Source: a virus (Duplodnaviria; Caudoviricetes). From it: a stretch of 64,000 nucleotides of DNA. Below are positions 43,161 to 51,986 of the stretch, one piece after another. The notes beneath the pieces were generated by a model, which saw only the letters and a program-made list of their open reading frames with translations, was not told the origin of the DNA and made no database searches. Each line of letters opens with the position of its first letter. The stretch's first letter is position 1. The position numbers were made by a program, and so were the translations under genes. Location: positions 13,716 to 77,715 of IMG/VR virus record IMGVR_UViG_3300050343_000067; one strand, 5' to 3'.

Positions 43161-43559
43161 ATGAAGTCCTTTAAACAACTACGTATTGACATCACCGAAG
43201 CAGCAGAAAAACGTTACTGCCCTGGATGTGAAAAGTGGGAGACTAGAGCAGTCTGTCGATTCGGAGTTGAATACTGGGACAAGTACGCCGTCAAAAACTT
43301 TGAAGAATCAGTGCTCGAAGGAGCAGCCTGGACCAAAAAGTCAGGAAAGAAAAAGTCAGGAGGACTCAATGAAAAAGGACGAAAGTCTTATGAAAAGGAA
43401 AATCCAGGATCAGACCTTAAGGCACCAAGCAAAAAGGTTGGAAATCCCCGTAGGAAATCCTTCTGCGCTCGAATGAAAGGCATGAGAAAGAGGCAGAAAA
43501 AATCTAATAACACAGGTGATGATCGCCTATCAAAATCATTACGTGCTTGGAATTGCTGA
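43161..43559 (+). CDS. Basic hypothetical protein, possible internal head protein
   Basis: MKSFKQL leader, CxxC motif, Lys-rich GGLNEKGRKSY...SFCARM...WNC C-half. Confidence 0.7.
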   Translation: MKSFKQLRIDITEAAEKRYCPGCEKWETRAVCRFGVEYWDKYAVKNFEESVLEGAAWTKKSGKKKSGGLNEKGRKSYEKENPGSDLKAPSKKVGNPRRKSFCARMKGMRKRQKKSNNTGDDRLSKSLRAWNC

Positions 43560-43638
43560 CATACTTGTTAAATGTATGTTAAAATAAAGGAATATCAATT
43601 ACTAGAACTATAATTATACTATGAGTTTTGAGAATATC

Positions 43639-43788
43639 ATGCGGCTTAACGAGACTGATGTACACCGTTTAATCAAAGCATGTCAGGTCTATCAGGACAA
43701 GACAGGTTCTGAATACATGTGGGATGAATACCACGAGTTGATTGAAAAACTCAAAACATATCAAGAACAATATTCTGTATCAAAATGA
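43639..43788 (+). CDS. Small hypothetical protein (49 aa, not in the ORF track)
   Basis: MRLNETDVHRLIKACQVYQDKTGSEYMWDEYHELIEKLKTYQEQYSVSK; ATGA overlap with petE. Confidence 0.7.
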   Translation: MRLNETDVHRLIKACQVYQDKTGSEYMWDEYHELIEKLKTYQEQYSVSK

Positions 43789-44108
43789 AAGCTTTAATCA
43801 CGTTTCTGGTTGTGTTATTTTTTGCTGCTCCAGTGTGGGCAGTAGATGTAGCAATGGGTGCTAATGGCAACCTAGCATTTTCACCGAATGAGATCACAAT
43901 CTCTGCTGGTGACACCGTTCACTTTATCAATGAATCACTACCTCCCCACAATATTATTGTTGAGGCACGTCCTGATCTCTCTAGAGAAGCATTGCTGTTT
44001 GCTCCTGGAGAATCACAAGACGTTGTATTTGCTGACGCAGGAGACTATAACTTCTTCTGTGGTCCTCACCAGGGCGCAGGTATGACTGGCGTAGTTCATG
44101 TGGAATAA
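43785..44108 (+). CDS. petE: Plastocyanin
   Basis: Signal peptide, LAFSPNEITI.AGDTV, PHN, and FFCGPHQGAGM copper ligands. Confidence 0.96.
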   Translation: MKALITFLVVLFFAAPVWAVDVAMGANGNLAFSPNEITISAGDTVHFINESLPPHNIIVEARPDLSREALLFAPGESQDVVFADAGDYNFFCGPHQGAGMTGVVHVE

Positions 44109-44292
44109 GGATTACATAACCAAAGAACAAGCACAGGAGATGATTGACGATGCAATACGAAAGCATAATCGTAACGCTGGAATTATTAGTATGTGTGTTG
44201 GCTGGATTGTTCTCGCACTTTTTGCTGAAGGTTTACTTCGACTTGTCGGAGTGATCCCTCCACTATTACCTTGGTTAAAGATAACACTATGA
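44098..44292 (+). CDS. Small membrane protein
   Basis: EMIDDAIRKHNRNA followed by a hydrophobic segment; overlaps neighbours. Confidence 0.7.
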   Translation: MWNKDYITKEQAQEMIDDAIRKHNRNAGIISMCVGWIVLALFAEGLLRLVGVIPPLLPWLKITL

Positions 44293-44384
44293 TGAGCGGA
44301 TTATTTGTATTTGCATTTATCACACTAATGGTGATTGCCATGGAGATAACATGGTCGGTGAAAAATAAAGGAACTTTTAAATGA
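44289..44384 (+). CDS. 31-aa membrane peptide (not in the ORF track)
   Basis: MMSGLFVFAFITLMVIAMEITWSVKNKGTFK; ATGA overlaps on both sides. Confidence 0.6.
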   Translation: MMSGLFVFAFITLMVIAMEITWSVKNKGTFK

Positions 44385-44512
44385 CTCTAGCACATGTCCT
44401 ACTTTACGGATCACTACCCTTTATATGTGCCACCGCATATTTCGGGTACAGAAAAGGTGAAAATAACTATTATGAAACTGACGCCTACGGAGGAAATGGA
44501 ACAGCGCATTAA
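44381..44512 (+). CDS. ndhP: NDH-1 subunit P homolog (43 aa, not in the ORF track)
   Basis: MTLAHVLLYGSLPFICATAYFGYRKGENNYYETDAYGGNGTAH: one TM helix plus the NdhP-type tail FG...Y(D/E)TDxYxGNGxAH. Confidence 0.85.
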   Translation: MTLAHVLLYGSLPFICATAYFGYRKGENNYYETDAYGGNGTAH

Positions 44513-44714
44513 GATGAGGTATGCGTTTGCCATGTCATCATTCGGTAGAATGTTTCGACCAGATCATATTACAATGGAGATGAGATCTATATGTATGTCA
44601 TGGTCTCAAGACATAGATACTATTACACCCTCTCGATCTGACTTGTACGAAGTTGATCGATACTTCCTGGAGTTATGGAAAAAACGATATGAATCTGAAC
44701 CTGAATCTAATTGA
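44496..44714 (+). CDS. Hypothetical protein
   Basis: Start reassigned to the ATG after GGAGG; MEQRIKMRYAFAMSSFGRMF... Confidence 0.65.
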   Translation: MEQRIKMRYAFAMSSFGRMFRPDHITMEMRSICMSWSQDIDTITPSRSDLYEVDRYFLELWKKRYESEPESN

Positions 44715-44853
44715 AAAGTTAAGACATGAGATCTATATGTTGAAACTCGAAAATAAGCAGCTTAAGTTAAGTCTCGAAGAAGTAAATAGTAATTGGGTAC
44801 ATCCCAAATCTTGCCTTCACAATGAAGACCCATGGAAAAAGTTTCTAACGTAA
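44689..44853 (+). CDS. Small coiled-coil hypothetical protein
   Basis: LRHEIYMLKLENKQLK heptads; tiles with neighbouring ORFs. Confidence 0.55.
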   Translation: MNLNLNLIEKLRHEIYMLKLENKQLKLSLEEVNSNWVHPKSCLHNEDPWKKFLT

Positions 44854-44930
44854 GAGTCACAGGTTTTTTTATATTCAGTTTTGTAGCACTGTTTGTAGTA
44901 TGGGGGTTGGGTAATGCTTATCCTTATTAG
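44832..44930 (+). CDS. 32-aa membrane peptide, possible NdhQ homolog (not in the ORF track)
   Basis: MEKVSNVRVTGFFIFSFVALFVVWGLGNAYPY: TM helix ending WxLxxAY, as I recall for NdhQ. Confidence 0.55.
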   Translation: MEKVSNVRVTGFFIFSFVALFVVWGLGNAYPY

Positions 44931-45063
44931 ATATACGATGGAACATCAGTGGAGTTTAGGTCTCCTATCAATGATCTTAATAGTAGTTCCTATTATAGGA
45001 ATGGATCTCGTTCATAAATATGGGTGGGAACATTGGGAACCATTCGCGAGGAATCATAAATGA
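44914..45063 (+). CDS. 49-aa membrane peptide (not in the ORF track)
   Basis: MLILIRYTMEHQWSLGLLSMILIVVPIIGMDLVHKYGWEHWEPFARNHK; ATGA overlap with the next ORF. Confidence 0.65.
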   Translation: MLILIRYTMEHQWSLGLLSMILIVVPIIGMDLVHKYGWEHWEPFARNHK

Positions 45064-45269
45064 ATCCAGTAATTTTAATCGGTTGTTTTACACCACTGGT
45101 TATTATTTTTTTAGTAATGAAACTCGCCGTATGGGTATCTGCAGTTAATACAGAAAGCTCTTATGTCGGAAAAGAACCTCTACGAAAACGAGGACCCTTC
45201 GTGGCAGATGCATATGCAGACGTTGATGAAGAGGAAGAGGAATATGGAGATCGCACAGATTATCGATGA
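45060..45269 (+). CDS. Small membrane protein
   Basis: N-terminal TM helix and acidic tail. Confidence 0.65.
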   Translation: MNPVILIGCFTPLVIIFLVMKLAVWVSAVNTESSYVGKEPLRKRGPFVADAYADVDEEEEEYGDRTDYR

Positions 45270-45390
45270 AGCGATTAATGAATACTATTCGCTTCAAGGT
45301 AAGCCTGTTCCAAATTGGAGGTATATAAAAGATGTTGATTGGTGGATTGAATATTTAAAAGATTTAGGAATTGACCCTAGAAACCCATGA
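45244..45390 (+). CDS. Small hypothetical protein
   Basis: ATG after GAGG; MEIAQIIDEAINEYY...; overlaps the next start. Confidence 0.6.
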   Translation: MEIAQIIDEAINEYYSLQGKPVPNWRYIKDVDWWIEYLKDLGIDPRNP

Positions 45391-45557
45391 AATTTGAATT
45401 AGATATGGATGACTATACGATCATCCTTAATGCATTACACTACTACAAGAAAGTTGAGAAGCGAGGAAACTTCAAGCAGTATAATGATGAGCGTGTCAAT
45501 AAGTTAAGAGATAAAATGTCTTATCAATTAATTCCTAGCGCAGAAAGTTGGAAATGA
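45387..45557 (+). CDS. 56-aa hypothetical protein (not in the ORF track)
   Basis: MKFELDMDDYTIILNALHYYKK...; ATGA overlaps on both sides. Confidence 0.65.
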   Translation: MKFELDMDDYTIILNALHYYKKVEKRGNFKQYNDERVNKLRDKMSYQLIPSAESWK

Positions 45558-45760
45558 ATTTATTATTACGTCCTTTAGATAATCCAGATGATCCTGTGTG
45601 GTCAGTAATTATTATGGTAATCCTTGCTGTGGTTGGTGCGGTTTATACCATCATATACATACTAGGAATAGATGAGAGGGAATCCCATGGGAGCATTGAC
45701 ACCACCAAGCAGGAAGAGTTGCTACAACTTCCGAGTGACGGAGATCAACCGTGTCCTTGA
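45554..45760 (+). CDS. Small membrane protein
   Basis: PVWSVIIMVILAVVGAVYTIIYILG TM segment. Confidence 0.6.
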   Translation: MNLLLRPLDNPDDPVWSVIIMVILAVVGAVYTIIYILGIDERESHGSIDTTKQEELLQLPSDGDQPCP

Positions 45761-46145
45761 TGGTGATACTATTGATGTTACTATCGACCTCGGGTTTGAT
45801 TTATACAAGAAAGAAAGAGTTAGAGTTGCTGGAGTTGATACGCCAGAGAAGAGAACGAGAAATCTAGAGGAGAAAGCTCTTGGAATCGACGCAACCAACT
45901 GGCTCAAAGAAAAACTCGAAGGCACGTTGGCTGGTGATGATGAGTTGTCTGTTAGGACTGAACTTGTTGGTGGCACTGGCAAATATGGGCGTCTTCTGGG
46001 TTGGTTATACATCGGGGATGACACAGTGTCACTCAACGAACAAATGATCACAGAAGGTTATGCTCACGCATACGATGGTGGCACCAAGGATATGAATTTA
46101 GAAGCACTACGAGAGATAAGGAGAAAACATGGAACCCTCATCTAA
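45687..46145 (+). CDS. Thermonuclease (SNase-like)
   Basis: RVLDGDTIDV, RVRVAGVDTPE, KYGRLLG, LNEQMITEGYA. Confidence 0.9.
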   Translation: MGALTPPSRKSCYNFRVTEINRVLDGDTIDVTIDLGFDLYKKERVRVAGVDTPEKRTRNLEEKALGIDATNWLKEKLEGTLAGDDELSVRTELVGGTGKYGRLLGWLYIGDDTVSLNEQMITEGYAHAYDGGTKDMNLEALREIRRKHGTLI

Positions 46146-46335
46146 AGAAAATGAATGGTATTGTACCATGACATTAGGAATCGATGAAGTCCGATGTCTG
46201 TATGATCACTATGATTATTCAATTAAGATGTGGCCAGGTTCCCCTGCACGTCCTGCTGAAGAACAAGTTCTTCTGGATATAATGAAGAAGAGAATGTTTG
46301 CTATGATGGCAGAATACAATTTTACGGAAATGTAG
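46129..46335 (+). CDS. Hypothetical protein
   Basis: AGGAG RBS; 68 aa with WPGSPARP. Confidence 0.65.
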   Translation: MEPSSKENEWYCTMTLGIDEVRCLYDHYDYSIKMWPGSPARPAEEQVLLDIMKKRMFAMMAEYNFTEM

Positions 46336-46415
46336 ACAATACACAAATTGTTAGTATTCTTTACACGATTTTTACCTACATAGTCCTATAATACTTTGTA
46401 GCGTAGTGTAACACA

Positions 46416-46637
46416 ATGCTCGGACTCTATGTATTAATCACTTGTTTTATTCTACTTGTAGCGTATGCAGGTATGGAAGAAACGGTGCGTCTATTCGCGT
46501 ACATTGATCTAGTAATTAGATATCAATGGGTTAAATTTAGAATGTTTATGATGAGGCGTAAATTAGAACAACAACTCATAAAGGATCTACCTGATTACAA
46601 TAAACTCATAAAGGAATTAAAAGATGACCAACGATAA
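46416..46637 (+). CDS. Small membrane protein
   Basis: N-terminal TM helix. Confidence 0.6.
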   Translation: MLGLYVLITCFILLVAYAGMEETVRLFAYIDLVIRYQWVKFRMFMMRRKLEQQLIKDLPDYNKLIKELKDDQR

Positions 46638-46923
46638 GGAACTGTCGGATCTCAAAATTGAGAGAAAAGAATGTCCTAAATGTGGTGCTGCTTGGATTAA
46701 CGGCAAACATGTGTTTAGAGGTACTGCTGCCTCTTACGACAAGAGTGAACTAGACCTAGCTGGTTTGGTTTGCAATAAACTAGGTGACGAAACATGCATC
46801 AATCCTAGGAAAGGACAAGATGGTGGAACTACCTGGGAATATAGGTCTGGATACATTGATGGTGTGTACTCCGCAAAGAAAAAATCAATGGAAGAAATGC
46901 GTGATCAATTTGGAGATCTCTAA
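46624..46923 (+). CDS. Hypothetical Zn-binding protein
   Basis: CPKC...LVC...CINP. Confidence 0.7.
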   Translation: MTNDKELSDLKIERKECPKCGAAWINGKHVFRGTAASYDKSELDLAGLVCNKLGDETCINPRKGQDGGTTWEYRSGYIDGVYSAKKKSMEEMRDQFGDL

Positions 46924-46948
46924 ATACTAGTGGTGAACTAGTTTTCTT

Positions 46949-48598
46949 ATGGCAACCGATCAGATTTATCTTGGTAATCCGCTTCTAAAAAAAGCAAATG
47001 TCAAGCAAGACTTTACCAAAGAACAAATTGCAGAGTATGTAAAGTGTGCTCAAGATCCAATATACTTTACAAAAAACTATGTAAAAATTGTTTCTCTTGA
47101 TGAAGGTCTGGTGCCATTTAAGATGTGGGACTTTCAAGAGGAGTTAATTAAAAAATTTCATAGAAGTAGATTTAATATTGTAAGCTACCTCGTCAGACTG
47201 GTAAGTCTACTACGGTGGTTTCGTATTTGTTGCATTATGCGTTGTTCAACGATAGCGTAAACATTGGTATCCTAGCAAACAAAGCAAGTACTGCAAGAGA
47301 TCTTCTTGGTAGATTACAAACAGCATATGAGAATCTACCGAAGTGGATGCAACAGGGTGTGGTATCATGGAACAAAGGTTCTATGGAGTTAGAGAATGGC
47401 AGTAAGATATTGGCAGCTTCTACATCTGCAAGTGCTGTCCGAGGTATGTCGTTTAACATCATCTTCCTCGATGAGTTTGCGTTCGTACCAAACCATATTG
47501 CAGAGTCGTTCTTTGCCTCTGTTTATCCTACTATTACTTCTGGTAAGTCAACAAAAGTAATTATCATTTCTACGCCACATGGTATGAACCACTTCTATAA
47601 GTTGTGGACTGATGCACAGAATGATAGGAATGGATATACCTGGCATGAGGTACACTGGTCGCAGGTGCCTGGACGTGATGAGAACTGGAAAGCAGAAACA
47701 ATTAAGAACACGTCCGAGAGACAGTTCACACAGGAGTTTGAGTGTGAATTTCTTGGATCTGTTGACACACTAATCTCTGCCTGCTAAACTGCGAGCACTG
47801 ACTTTTATTGATCCCATCTCTACAAACAAGGGACTTGACATCTATGAAAAACCAACAACCAACGGGGAATATATTATTACGGTGGATGTTTCTCGCGGTA
47901 TTGGGGGAGATTACTCTGCTTTCATTGTTTACGATATTACTACAGTTCCATATAGGATAGTAGCAAAGTATAGGAACAATGAAATCAAACCGATGTTGTT
48001 TCCCAATGTCATTAATGATGTTGCCAGAGGATATAATAATGCATGGGTTATGTGTGAGGTAAACGACGTAGGGGACTCTGTGGCGTCGATTCTAAATTAT
48101 GACCTTGAGTATCCTAATGTGCTTATGTGTGCCATGAGAGGGCGAGCAGGGCAGATTGTAGGGCATGGATTTTCTGGATCTAAAACACAGCTTGGTGTCA
48201 AGATGAGTGTCACCGTGAAGAAGGTTGGTTGTGCTAACCTCAAACAAATTATTGAAGATGACAAACTTATCTTTAATGACTACGAAATTATATCAGAACT
48301 TACCACGTTCATTCAGAAGAAGCAATCCTTTGAAGCTGATGAAGGATTCCATGATGACTTGGTAATGTGTATGGTAATCTTTGCTTGGTTAGTCCAACAA
48401 GATTACTTCAAAGAACTTACTGATAACGATGTTCGTAAACGTATCTACGATGAACAAAAGAATCAGATCGAACAAGACATGGCACCATTCGGATTTATTA
48501 CCACAGGTCTAGAAGGTGATGAAGGATTTGTAGAAGATGGATCTCATTGGGAGTATGGTGATACACAGGAAGATGTATCATACATGTGGAGTATCTAA
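46949..48598 (+). CDS. gp17: Terminase large subunit gp17 (indels near 47180 and 47780)
   Basis: YLGNPLLKK, PRQTGKST Walker A (in the shifted frame), FLDEFAF, STPHG, DVSRG, HDDLVM. Confidence 0.95.
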
Positions 48599-48816
48599 TG
48601 GACGTAGAAGATATGTTTGATCTAGGTACTGTTCTTTTCCAACAAAGAAAGTGTAGAGCTTGTGGAAAAACTAAAGATTTAACTACAGATTTCTATAGGT
48701 CTAGACCAGACAGGACATCTTTGTCTGCGTGGTCCTATGAATGTAAGGACTGTACCAAACAAAGAGTAACGAATAAAAGAAGAAAATATAAGGAAGATAT
48801 CTATCCAGACTGGTAA
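48598..48816 (+). CDS. Small zinc-finger protein
   Basis: CRACGKTK...FY...ECKDC. Confidence 0.7.
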   Translation: MDVEDMFDLGTVLFQQRKCRACGKTKDLTTDFYRSRPDRTSLSAWSYECKDCTKQRVTNKRRKYKEDIYPDW

Positions 48817-48901
48817 AGGGTTCGTGCATTGTTTCCCCACTTGAACTTTCCAAAAATCTAAATACCTATAGATCAAATTTGGTTACTCAAGGAGAAAATA
48901 C

Positions 48902-51328
48902 ATGGCAAGTCAAGTCTCGCCTGGAATTAGATTAAGAGAGCGTGACCTATCTAATGCTGTTGTCGTAGGTGCATCGGAGATTACCGCTGCTCACGCATCA
49001 ACTTTCCGTAAAGGTCCGATCGGAAAGGTAGTGAATATTTCATCACAGAAAGAATTAATTTCAGTTTTCGGTGCTCCCACCGACGCAAACGCCGAGGACT
49101 TTTTCGTAGCATCGGAATTCCTAGGATACGGCGGTCGCCTAGCAGTCGTTCGTGCTGCTACTGGCGTAAATAGTGCATCCGTAGCTGGCGGCACAGTTGT
49201 AGTCAAGAATGACGATGACTGGGCAGCAGGTAATGGTGCAGGCAACATGCTAGTTGCAAGAACACCTGGTACATATGGCAACGCACTTAAAATTGTTACT
49301 GTTGACCGTGGTGCTGATCAGCTGGCAACATTGACCGCAGCACCTGCAGGACTCGCTGTTGGTGATACAGTCACGTTCACTGGTGGTAAGAAAGCAGTCG
49401 TATACGGATGGGATGCTGGAACACTTACTGCTTCACTAATTCTGGATGATCCTAACACCAGACTAACAACTGCTGATAGCATCGACACACCTGATACTGG
49501 TGTTGTTTCAGGTCTTACTGCAGTCACCGCTGGTGGTACTCTTTATGAGACCGCATCTGCTGTTGCAACATCTGGTGGATCTGGCACTGGACTTACCCTA
49601 GACCTCACAGTTTCTGCAGGTCTTCCTCTAACACTAAATGGTGGTGCTGGTGGTTCTTCCTACGTTACAGCAACTGCTCAAGCAACCACAACTAATGGTA
49701 CTGGTAGTGGACTCACTGTTGATATCACAGCTGCTGGCGGTTCTATCGTTTCTCTCGCAATCAATGCCCCAGGTAGTGGTTATGCAGTAGGAGACACGAT
49801 CACCGTTGCTGGTGGTGGTAACGACGGTGGCGGTTCTATCGCTACTGTACGTGGTGGCGTTACTAGTGTTGCCGTAGCAGCAGGTGGATCTGGATACGTT
49901 AGTGGCGATACAATCACAATTGCTGGCGGTGGCGCAGACGCAACCGTCGATATTGCATCCGTAACTGATACTGCAATCACAATCACTACAGTCAAAGATT
50001 GGTACACCAACACTCTAATCCCTGGCACAAGTCTAACACTTGGTGCTATCGGTCCTCGTCCTGGTACTTCCCAGTTCGCTGCTGACAGAGGTGTTTCTTT
50101 TGACGAAATGCACTTCGCAGTTATTGATGCTGATGGATCAATTTCTGGCGCAGCAAATACTGTACTAGAAAGAGTTCTGTTTGTTTCCAAACTGTCTGAC
50201 GGTAGAAACACTGAAGGCGCTGCTAACTTCTACAGAGATGTAATCGAACAGCAATCAAGCTTCTTCTTTAACGGCACAGTAATTCCTGCTGGAACACAAC
50301 CTGCATCTGCTGGTGGTGGTACTTCACTAGATCAACCTTCTGCATCTTCTGCTGGCAAGTTGCTCCTAGTTGGTGCAAAAGCATGGACCCTAACTGGTGG
50401 TGCTGACGACTACGTATACACCCCTGCTGAAATTGAAGCAGCATTTGATGAGTTCTCTGATACAGAACTAGTTCCTAACCTGAACTTTGTTCTAATGGGT
50501 GGTTCGCTCGCTACCGAAACTGACACCAAAGCAAAAGCAAATAAGGTTATCAGTATCGCAGCAGCAAGAAAGGATTGCATCGCATTCGTTTCTCCACACA
50601 AAGGCAACCAAGTTGGAACTGCTGGCGCACTAACTGCGATCCAGCAAAGAGAGAACACTCTCAACTTCTTTAACGGCATGACTTCTACGTCATACGCTGT
50701 ATTTGATAGCGGTTACAAGTATTTCTACGACCGCTTCAATGACAAGTATCGCTACATTCCTTGCAATGGCGATATCGCTGGTCTGTGTGTTGCTACTAGT
50801 AGCCTCCTCGATGACTGGTATTCCCCTGCTGGTGTCAACAGAGGTTCCCTCCGTAACGCTATCAAACTAGCATACAATCCAAGCAAGGCAGACAGAGACG
50901 AACTTTATCAGTCCAGAGTCAACCCTGTTGTTGTATTCCCTGGTAGTGGCGTCACTCTGTTTGGCGACAAGACTGCACTTGCATCACCTTCTTCCTTCGA
51001 TCGTATTAACGTTCGTCGCCTCTTCCTCAATGTTGAGAAGAGAATTGGAGATCTTGCCAAGACAGTTCTATTTGAGCAAAACGATGCGACAACCCGTTCT
51101 TCATTCCTAGCAGCTGCAAGCAGCTACATGTCCGAAGTTCAGGCACGTCGTGGCGTAACTGATTTCCTCGTGGTATGTGATGAGTCCAATAACACCCCTG
51201 ACGTAATTGATCGTAACGAGTTTGTTGCAGAACTATTCCTGAAACCAACTCGCTCTATTAACTACATCACAGTTACATTCACAGCAACGAAGACTGGCGT
51301 CTCGTTCTCTGAAGTAGTCGGTTCCTGA
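48902..51328 (+). CDS. gp18: Tail sheath gp18
   Basis: SPGIRLRERDL, WYSPAG, FDRINVRRLF, KPTRSINYI. Confidence 0.96.
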   Translation: MASQVSPGIRLRERDLSNAVVVGASEITAAHASTFRKGPIGKVVNISSQKELISVFGAPTDANAEDFFVASEFLGYGGRLAVVRAATGVNSASVAGGTVVVKNDDDWAAGNGAGNMLVARTPGTYGNALKIVTVDRGADQLATLTAAPAGLAVGDTVTFTGGKKAVVYGWDAGTLTASLILDDPNTRLTTADSIDTPDTGVVSGLTAVTAGGTLYETASAVATSGGSGTGLTLDLTVSAGLPLTLNGGAGGSSYVTATAQATTTNGTGSGLTVDITAAGGSIVSLAINAPGSGYAVGDTITVAGGGNDGGGSIATVRGGVTSVAVAAGGSGYVSGDTITIAGGGADATVDIASVTDTAITITTVKDWYTNTLIPGTSLTLGAIGPRPGTSQFAADRGVSFDEMHFAVIDADGSISGAANTVLERVLFVSKLSDGRNTEGAANFYRDVIEQQSSFFFNGTVIPAGTQPASAGGGTSLDQPSASSAGKLLLVGAKAWTLTGGADDYVYTPAEIEAAFDEFSDTELVPNLNFVLMGGSLATETDTKAKANKVISIAAARKDCIAFVSPHKGNQVGTAGALTAIQQRENTLNFFNGMTSTSYAVFDSGYKYFYDRFNDKYRYIPCNGDIAGLCVATSSLLDDWYSPAGVNRGSLRNAIKLAYNPSKADRDELYQSRVNPVVVFPGSGVTLFGDKTALASPSSFDRINVRRLFLNVEKRIGDLAKTVLFEQNDATTRSSFLAAASSYMSEVQARRGVTDFLVVCDESNNTPDVIDRNEFVAELFLKPTRSINYITVTFTATKTGVSFSEVVGS

Positions 51329-51353
51329 TCAAATATCCATAGAGGCAAAAACA

Positions 51354-51938
51354 ATGGCTGGTATTAATTCTTTTATTTCAAAAATTGGTGAAGGCGTCAA
51401 GCCTAATATGTTTATGGTGAAGATTCCTTTCCCAGGTGGACAGGAAGATGCAGATGTAAATCTACTCTGCAAATCCACAGCACTCCCAGCATCTAACCTG
51501 GGAGTGATTGAGGTTCCTTTCAGAGGAAGAACAGTTAAGATCGTTGGTGATCGTACATTCGACACCTGGTCTGCAACCTTCTTCAATGATAAGGAAATGA
51601 AGATCCGTGGTAAGTTTGAGACTTGGTTGGCTTCGATGAACGCTCACGAAGCTAACAATGCACCTCTCTTCACACCTAGTGAAGCAGATCCTGGTTACAT
51701 GAAGAAGATGATTGTCCAACAATTGAGAAAGGACAGCAACCCAACCAATGACGATGGTACTGGCGCAACAATTCTTCGCCAGTATGACCTCCACTATGCA
51801 TTCCCAACTAGCATCTCCCAGATCGATCTTGCTTATGACAGCAACGATCAGATTGAAGAGTTCACAGTTGAGTTCCAGTATTCTTACTGGACAGCAACGT
51901 CTGGAGAGAAAGCGTTCAGTTCAGATGTAAAGGGATGA
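51354..51938 (+). CDS. gp19: Tail tube gp19
   Basis: LPAS...VPFRGR...GDRTFDTW...IEEFTVEF. Confidence 0.95.
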   Translation: MAGINSFISKIGEGVKPNMFMVKIPFPGGQEDADVNLLCKSTALPASNLGVIEVPFRGRTVKIVGDRTFDTWSATFFNDKEMKIRGKFETWLASMNAHEANNAPLFTPSEADPGYMKKMIVQQLRKDSNPTNDDGTGATILRQYDLHYAFPTSISQIDLAYDSNDQIEEFTVEFQYSYWTATSGEKAFSSDVKG

Positions 51939-51986
51939 TTTTCTGACCTGATAAATAGTATTATCAGGTAATCAGATCGATTAATT

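Noticed and set aside
44394-44495. N-terminal 34 codons of track ORF 44394..44714
   Set aside because: Overlaps the ndhP frame; a GGAGG precedes the ATG at 44496
46949-48598. Intron or intein in the split terminase, portal or capsid genes
   Set aside because: Joined lengths match ordinary T4-like proteins; no extra sequence or homing endonuclease is visible
48598-48816. Mobile HNH homing endonuclease between gp17 and gp18
   Set aside because: Only 72 aa with two CxxC motifs; no HNH catalytic motif
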